Assembly (NCBI GenBank): GCA_963816145.1
Contig: CAWFJP010000014.1
Span: 192,001 to 256,000 of the forward strand
Reading direction: 5' to 3'
DNA: 64,000 nucleotides
From: an uncultured delta proteobacterium
Lineage (GTDB): Bacteria > Desulfobacterota > Binatia > UBA9968
Shown here one piece after another: positions 58,664-64,000 of this stretch. Each line of letters begins with the position of its first letter. Positions within the stretch are counted from its first letter, which is position 1. A program made the position numbers and the translations under genes. The notes under the pieces were generated by a model. It did not search any database, was not told the origin of the DNA, and worked only from the letters and a program-made list of their open reading frames with translations.

Positions 58664-59455
58664 TCAGCTCATCAACCGCCCGCCCGAGACATTCAACGAC
58701 TCTCCTGTCGTGTGCGAAGAGTCGCTCGATGCCAGGAACAGCGCGGCGTTGGCAACTTCTTCGTGCTTGGCGTATTTGCGCAACGGCGTGAGGGAGAGGA
58801 TTTGCGCCTCATGCGCCTCAACGGTCATGCCGAGATTTTTCGCGCGTTGGGCGTACATCTCGCGCAGGTCGGGTTCGTCCATGCCACCGGGGCAGATGAT
58901 GTTGGCGCGGATGCCGTGGGGGCCGTATTCCTTGGCGATGGTTTGGGTCAGACCGACGACGCCCCACTTGGCGGCGCACAGTGAGCCGCGCATCGCCATG
59001 CCTTCGCGGCCGGCGGTGCCGGAGATGCTGACGATGCTACCGCTTTTCTGCTTGACCATTTGCTTGAGCACGGCGCGGCAGCAGAGAAAGACCAGCTTCA
59101 AGTTGTAAAGAATCACGTCGTCGAACTCTTTTTCGCTGATCTCGGTCACGGCCACCAGCGGGCCGCGGAAGCCGGCGCTGTTGATCAAGATGTCGATCTT
59201 GCCGAAACGGCGCACGGTGTCGTCGACCAAGGCGTTTACCTGGCGGTCGTCGCTGCAATCGGCAGTGAGAGCGACGGCGTTGCCGCCCTTTTGAATGACC
59301 GCTTTTGCCACTGCGTTGAGTTCGGTTTTCATTCTTTCGAGATCGACCAGGACGATGGTCGCGCCTTCTCTGGAAAAAGTGTGGGCGATGGTTTCGCCGA
59401 TGCCGCGGGCGCCGCCGATGATCAATGCTACCTGACCGTCTAACTTCATTTTCAT
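58664..59455 (-). CDS. SDR family oxidoreductase
   Basis: GGARGIG, INSAG, NIICPG; the catalytic YxxxK reads LCAAK (Tyr absent). Confidence 0.9.
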   Translation of the reverse strand: MKMKLDGQVALIIGGARGIGETIAHTFSREGATIVLVDLERMKTELNAVAKAVIQKGGNAVALTADCSDDRQVNALVDDTVRRFGKIDILINSAGFRGPLVAVTEISEKEFDDVILYNLKLVFLCCRAVLKQMVKQKSGSIVSISGTAGREGMAMRGSLCAAKWGVVGLTQTIAKEYGPHGIRANIICPGGMDEPDLREMYAQRAKNLGMTVEAHEAQILSLTPLRKYAKHEEVANAALFLASSDSSHTTGESLNVSGGRLMS

Positions 59456-59612
59456 TCCTCCTGCAATTACCTAAAGTGGGCTGAACCGATAACGGTTCTT
59501 CAGTCAGAAAACTCTGTTGTCACCTTACTGAAATGTCTTGACGAGAACAACGAAGATCGAATAGCTTTCGGTGGATCGCTATGACTTACGAATTGATCTT
59601 GGAGGCGTGCCC

Positions 59613-60614
59613 ATGGGTAAAGCAATTGTTGGTCTAATAGCTTTTTGTTTCATTACCGGTGCCGCTCATGGCCAGGACGCCAAACTTATCGACGCGGCAA
59701 AAAAAGAAGGCGGTAAGGTCGTGGTCTACAGTTCGATGGAGTCGAGCATCTCGGATGGTATTGCCGCGGGCTTCAAAAAGAAGACGGGCCTGGAGATGGA
59801 TTATTGGCGGGGATCGTCAACCAAGGTCCTCGATCGCGCGCTGAGCGAGCACCGCGCCGGCAAGCCGCTCTTCGATGTCGCCATCACCATCGCCGATCCG
59901 ATGTTCTTGATGCAAAGGGAAGGCGTGTTCGCCAAATATGAATCGCCCGCGGCGGCGGATTATCCGAAAGCGTTGATCGATCCCAATCTTGGACCGAATT
60001 ATCGCACGCTTCTAATTGGCATCGTTTACAACACGAACTCCATCAAGCCCGCTGACGCGCCTAAGTCCTTTGAAGATCTCGTGAAACCGCAGTTCAAAGG
60101 CAAAGTTATCATGCCGGATCCGACGCAACACACGACGACCACACAGTGGGTTGCGAGTCTGCCGAAGTTAATGGGTAAAGATCGGGCCGACAAATTCATC
60201 CGCGAATTGGCGGCAACAAAACCGATTCTCGCCGAGTCGCTGCTGCCACCGGTTGAACGGGCGGTCAGCGGCGAAGTGCCGATCGCGATCACGCTGCTGC
60301 ATTACACCTACGTGTTCCGCCAGCAGGGCGCACCGTTGGATTATGTGCGGATGCCCAAGTTGCTGGGCGACGGTAATTACGTCGCGTTGGGCAACAAAGC
60401 GCCCCATCCCAACGCCGGCAAAGCGTTCATCGATTTTTTTCTCGATGACGAATGCATGAATCTCATGTCCAAGCTCGGCGAGTTCGTCAATCGCAAAGGC
60501 ATCGTGCCGCCGCTCGAAGGCGTGGATAAGATTCAGTTCGTGCCGATGGATCGGCTGGACGCCAAAACCTACGCCGAGAAAAAGAAAGAGTATCAAACAC
60601 TATTCTTGCGCTAG
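59613..60614 (+). CDS. Extracellular solute-binding protein (Fe3+/thiamine/polyamine-type ABC)
   Basis: AAKKEGGKVVVYSS, YNTN, APHPNAGKAFIDF. Confidence 0.85.
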   Translation: MGKAIVGLIAFCFITGAAHGQDAKLIDAAKKEGGKVVVYSSMESSISDGIAAGFKKKTGLEMDYWRGSSTKVLDRALSEHRAGKPLFDVAITIADPMFLMQREGVFAKYESPAAADYPKALIDPNLGPNYRTLLIGIVYNTNSIKPADAPKSFEDLVKPQFKGKVIMPDPTQHTTTTQWVASLPKLMGKDRADKFIRELAATKPILAESLLPPVERAVSGEVPIAITLLHYTYVFRQQGAPLDYVRMPKLLGDGNYVALGNKAPHPNAGKAFIDFFLDDECMNLMSKLGEFVNRKGIVPPLEGVDKIQFVPMDRLDAKTYAEKKKEYQTLFLR

Positions 60615-60735
60615 AATAGCGAAATATGAGAATTGGCTGGAAAGAACTCCTCGAACGCGAAAATAATACCGTTTGGTGATCGATTGCTTGAGAGTGAACG
60701 AATGGCCGCCGCCGGATTCTTCAGGAGCTAAGTAA

Positions 60736-61344
60736 ATGACGACAATTTCCGATCCCTGGGATCATCACGATTGGGCCTCGCGCGATTACGTGCTGGAGTG
60801 GGCCGAGCGCCAAGACGCCAGCAAACCTCATCGCGAGCAGGCGTTTGGTGTCATCGCCGCGACGATGCCATTCGAGAAGGATGCGCGAATCAAGATTCTC
60901 GATGTCGGCTCGGGTTACGGCGCGTTGACGTTCTATCTTCTAAGCCAATTCCGCAATGGCCGAGCGGTTTGTCATGACGGTTCGGCCGAGATGCTTGCGC
61001 TCGGACGCGAGCGCTTGGGCAAATTTAAAGGGCGCGTCAAGTTCATTCAGAGCGATTTGAGCAAGCCGGGGTGGAGCAAAAAACTAAAAGGTCCTTTCGA
61101 TGCGGTGGTGTCATCGATCGCGATCCACAACGTGCGCGAGCACGCGGCTATTCGTTCGATCTACGGCGAGAGTTTTGACCTGCTGAATCCCGGCGGCTGC
61201 TTTTTGAATCTCGACCGAATGCGGCCCTCGGTGAACGAACAACTCGACTGGCTGCGCGAAGCCGGCTACCAGCAAGTTCAGCAGTTTTGGGATGGCGGCA
61301 AGCGCGCGATCGTTGGCGGATTTCGGCAATCTCAGCGAAAATAG
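60736..61344 (+). CDS. Class I SAM-dependent methyltransferase
   Basis: ILDVGSGYG, FDAVVSSIAIH, LNPGGCFLNLD. Confidence 0.88.
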   Translation: MTTISDPWDHHDWASRDYVLEWAERQDASKPHREQAFGVIAATMPFEKDARIKILDVGSGYGALTFYLLSQFRNGRAVCHDGSAEMLALGRERLGKFKGRVKFIQSDLSKPGWSKKLKGPFDAVVSSIAIHNVREHAAIRSIYGESFDLLNPGGCFLNLDRMRPSVNEQLDWLREAGYQQVQQFWDGGKRAIVGGFRQSQRK

Positions 61345-61363
61345 CGGGCGGATGTTTTAGATA

Positions 61364-62449
61364 TCAAGTCGCCGTGTAATACTTTTCCATCAAATTGCTC
61401 ACGCCGGTTTTGGCGCATGCCTCCGAAAACATCTTTCTGACGATCGGGTCTTCGTCCTCGTACTCGATCTGATTGCCGCCAAGTTTGACGTCGACATCGG
61501 CTTTGCCGCGCCCTTCGCCCCACATCTCGTGATATTTTTGGCTGCCCCAGCGCAGCGCTAGATAGCGCACCGGGACCGAACCGGAGTTGAAATGTTGATG
61601 AAACCAGCCGCCAGGCGGGACGACCAGGCTGCCGGGTCGCCAATCGAAGCGTTTGATCTCCTGGCCGTGCGGCCAGAGGAGGGAGTAGCCTTCGCCGGCG
61701 AGGATGATCACATGGGCGCCGGGGCCGTGAAAGTGGGCTTTCTTGTAACTGCCGACGGCGAACTGCGAGATATGGCCGCAAAGGGTGTTCTCCGACAATT
61801 CTAACCGCACTTGTGAACCTCCGCCGCCGCGCTCCTTCCAGTCGAGCAGTTTTAAATTTTTCACATCGGCAACGAAGTTGGTGTTCCAAGTCCGGCCGGA
61901 GTACCAAGTGCCGGGATTGCCGAAATAGTCCTCTTGGGAATGATAGCGGTCGCTGAAGACGTAGGGACAGTTGAAGATAAAATCGGTGTTGTGAATCAAA
62001 TTCATCATGCACGGCGCGCTGGTGACGGCGAGGAAGCGGGCCGGCTCGCTGCCGTTGCCGTTAAAGATCTCGTGCCAGGAATTGAGCGGCGGCGAGAACA
62101 ACGAGCCTTCTTGCCATTCAAAAGTCCGCTTTGGCTCGCTTTCGTTCCACACCGTCGCCGCGCCGCGACCGCTGATGACGTAGATCAACTCTTCGTACAT
62201 ATGCTTTTCCGGCGCCAGCGATTTGCCGGGTGGAATCTCGCAGATATAGGCGTCGTTGGTTTCGCCGGTGCCTTCCAAGCACAAGCGGACGCCCAGGCCA
62301 CCGGTCCGTTTCCATGGTTTAAGCGCCACGCTAGCGATATCTTCGACGAAGAAGCTCTCGATTAGCGGTATCCCTTCGCTCTCGACCCATTTTCTATAGG
62401 TCCCGCCCTTGCCGACGACGGATTCGCTGGAAATCTTCGGCTCTTGCAT
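61364..62449 (-). CDS. Bicupin protein (gentisate-dioxygenase-like fold)
   Basis: EIPPG, KHMYEE, PLNSWH, KAHFHGPGAH, WFHQHFN. Confidence 0.8.
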   Translation of the reverse strand: MQEPKISSESVVGKGGTYRKWVESEGIPLIESFFVEDIASVALKPWKRTGGLGVRLCLEGTGETNDAYICEIPPGKSLAPEKHMYEELIYVISGRGAATVWNESEPKRTFEWQEGSLFSPPLNSWHEIFNGNGSEPARFLAVTSAPCMMNLIHNTDFIFNCPYVFSDRYHSQEDYFGNPGTWYSGRTWNTNFVADVKNLKLLDWKERGGGGSQVRLELSENTLCGHISQFAVGSYKKAHFHGPGAHVIILAGEGYSLLWPHGQEIKRFDWRPGSLVVPPGGWFHQHFNSGSVPVRYLALRWGSQKYHEMWGEGRGKADVDVKLGGNQIEYEDEDPIVRKMFSEACAKTGVSNLMEKYYTAT

Positions 62450-62482
62450 TCTCACTGTCTCCCGGTGGTTTGGTTATAAACG

Positions 62483-62518
62483 CTCGGCCGTTCGATCCGC
62501 GAAGACCGAACGGCCGAG
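62483..62518. terminator. Intergenic hairpin (terminator or mRNA stabiliser)
   Basis: CTCGGCCGTTCG...CGAACGGCCGAG perfect 12-bp stem. Confidence 0.5.
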
Positions 62519-62543
62519 ATAAATCAGTTCGCCGCGAGTTTAA

Positions 62544-63512
62544 TCAACCAATCAGCTTGGCATACTTCTCGCGCAGTTTGCCGTAGCGTTGGCCGCCTTC
62601 GGTGGCGGCTTTGCGGAAATCGTCCGGCATGTAGTTGTAGGGCGGGCGGATCGGGCCGGTCTTGCAATAACCGGAGGCGGCCATCAAGACCTTTTCCAAT
62701 TGGATGTTGTACGACGCGAAGATTTCTTGCGAACCGGTGATCGCGTGATGCGGCTCGTTGGCCCAGGCAATGTCGGCGGCGACGGTTTTGGCTTGCTCGG
62801 CGCTGCCATCGGCGAGCGCTTTCATCAGCGCGATGGCGACCTGCGGGCCGACCGACGGAATCCAGCAGGTAGTCTGGCTCGCCGGCGAGATCTGCGCGAA
62901 CTCATAAGCGAGGCCCACCGGCGGCACGAAATTCACTTTGCCTTTCGAGGCTTCGACGCATTGTTTGAGAATCGCCTTGCTGGAAAATTTTGCCGACATC
63001 ACCGTCGGCGCCTTCTGCACCACCGGTCCCCAGAAGTCGACGCCGAAGTCGAAGCGAAACGCGCGCGGGTTGGCATAAACCATGATCGGAAAATCGGGAA
63101 AGGTCTCGGCGACGTCGGCGTAGAACTTTACCGCCATTTCAACATTAGCCGGCTGCCACATGGGAATACCGAGAAGGGTGCCGGTGGCGCCACGCTCTTT
63201 GACGAATTTGATGCGTCGCGCGATCTCGTGGCCGCCGAGCGCCGTGGTGCCGACAAAAGTCGGGATCCGGCCGCGCACGGTCTTGAGCAGGCAGTCGACG
63301 TAGGCTTCGTAGTCGGCTTGCGCAGTCGTCGCGCACTCGCCCATGGTGCCGAGCGCCATGATGCCGTTGGCGCCATCGCGCACCAGCGCTTCGGCGAGTC
63401 GTGCAGTCTCGTCCAGATCGACGGTGTTGGTGGCATCTAAACGTTCAGCACCTTGTTTTGCCGGCGTCGGCATGATCGCGAGCGCGCCTTTCAATTCCTG
63501 AGCGGTGATCAT
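62544..63512 (-). CDS. DHDPS/NAL-family aldolase, NahE (hydroxybenzylidenepyruvate hydratase-aldolase)-like
   Basis: AIMPTPAK..TVDLDET, GTMGECAT, LLGIPMW, VYANPRAFRFDF, YNIQLEK, GPIRPPY. Confidence 0.8.
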   Translation of the reverse strand: MITAQELKGALAIMPTPAKQGAERLDATNTVDLDETARLAEALVRDGANGIMALGTMGECATTAQADYEAYVDCLLKTVRGRIPTFVGTTALGGHEIARRIKFVKERGATGTLLGIPMWQPANVEMAVKFYADVAETFPDFPIMVYANPRAFRFDFGVDFWGPVVQKAPTVMSAKFSSKAILKQCVEASKGKVNFVPPVGLAYEFAQISPASQTTCWIPSVGPQVAIALMKALADGSAEQAKTVAADIAWANEPHHAITGSQEIFASYNIQLEKVLMAASGYCKTGPIRPPYNYMPDDFRKAATEGGQRYGKLREKYAKLIG

Positions 63513-63605
63513 AAATCCTCCTTTGATCTGGTCAAGATAACGGTTGGTGGTTGATTTGATTGCCTCTTAGCATGACCGGTCAACCTGTGGCAATCGGTTC
63601 AAGGG

Positions 63606-64000
63606 CTAAAGCGTCGTGGCGATTCTGTCGGTCAGGACAATTTCTCTAGCTGTCACCTTGGCGCGGTAAGGCAGCGCTTCGACGCCGGCTTTGATCGCCT
63701 TGCGCAACCAGCGGCCGTACTCGCTATCGATCTCGTCGGCCGGGCGGAAAGTGCTGCAGTCGCCGCGTTGGATAACAAAAACGATGGCGGCGCGGTGGCC
63801 CTGGCGTTTGAGGCGCATGAGTGCTTTTAGGTGCTTCGTGCCGCGTTCGCTGACCGCGTCGGGAAACGCGGCGGTGCCGTTCATCGCTAGGGTAACGTTT
63901 TTCACCTCGATGAAGCAGTTTCCGTTCGGTCCCTCCAAGCAAAGATCGAGCCGGGTATGGGCGCTGACTTTGACTTCGCGGCGTATCGATGGATAGCCGG
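63606..64000 (-). CDS. sfsA: DNA/RNA nuclease SfsA (sugar fermentation stimulation protein), 5'-partial
   Basis: RREVKV, RLDL, FIEVKNVTL, FPDAVSERGTKHL, FVIQR, GVE. Confidence 0.92.
   Translation of the reverse strand, partial: GYPSIRREVKVSAHTRLDLCLEGPNGNCFIEVKNVTLAMNGTAAFPDAVSERGTKHLKALMRLKRQGHRAAIVFVIQRGDCSTFRPADEIDSEYGRWLRKAIKAGVEALPYRAKVTAREIVLTDRIATTL

Overview
GC-rich bacterial chromosomal window with about 55 genes, mostly catabolic and redox enzymes plus many orphan substrate-binding proteins. This gene and repeat style resembles Candidatus Binatia/Binatota (inference). Several genes carry single-base frameshifts that look like long-read indel errors. Highlights: (1) A co-directional redox cluster at 8416-14719: cupin, an IspH-fold [4Fe-4S] protein that has lost its diphosphate-binding and catalytic residues, a 3Cys/1Asp ferredoxin, an ornithine-cyclodeaminase homologue, a short reductive-dehalogenase-like protein, two adjacent selenoproteins hidden by in-frame TGA (AhpD-like CxxU; GrdB/PrdB-like UxxC, each with a SECIS-like hairpin) and a GST. 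(2) An integrase-less integron cassette array at 14888-18390 (B-box Zn protein, subclass B3 metallo-beta-lactamase, MazEF-type TA, methyltransferase) bounded by two compact core-site pairs. (3) Two related, inverted, structured ~135-nt non-coding elements flanking a cation/H+ antiporter gene. (4) A complete IS1182-family element inserted into a palindromic repeat. (5) Many nested REP-like and short-period palindromic repeats. No rRNA, tRNA or CRISPR array was seen.
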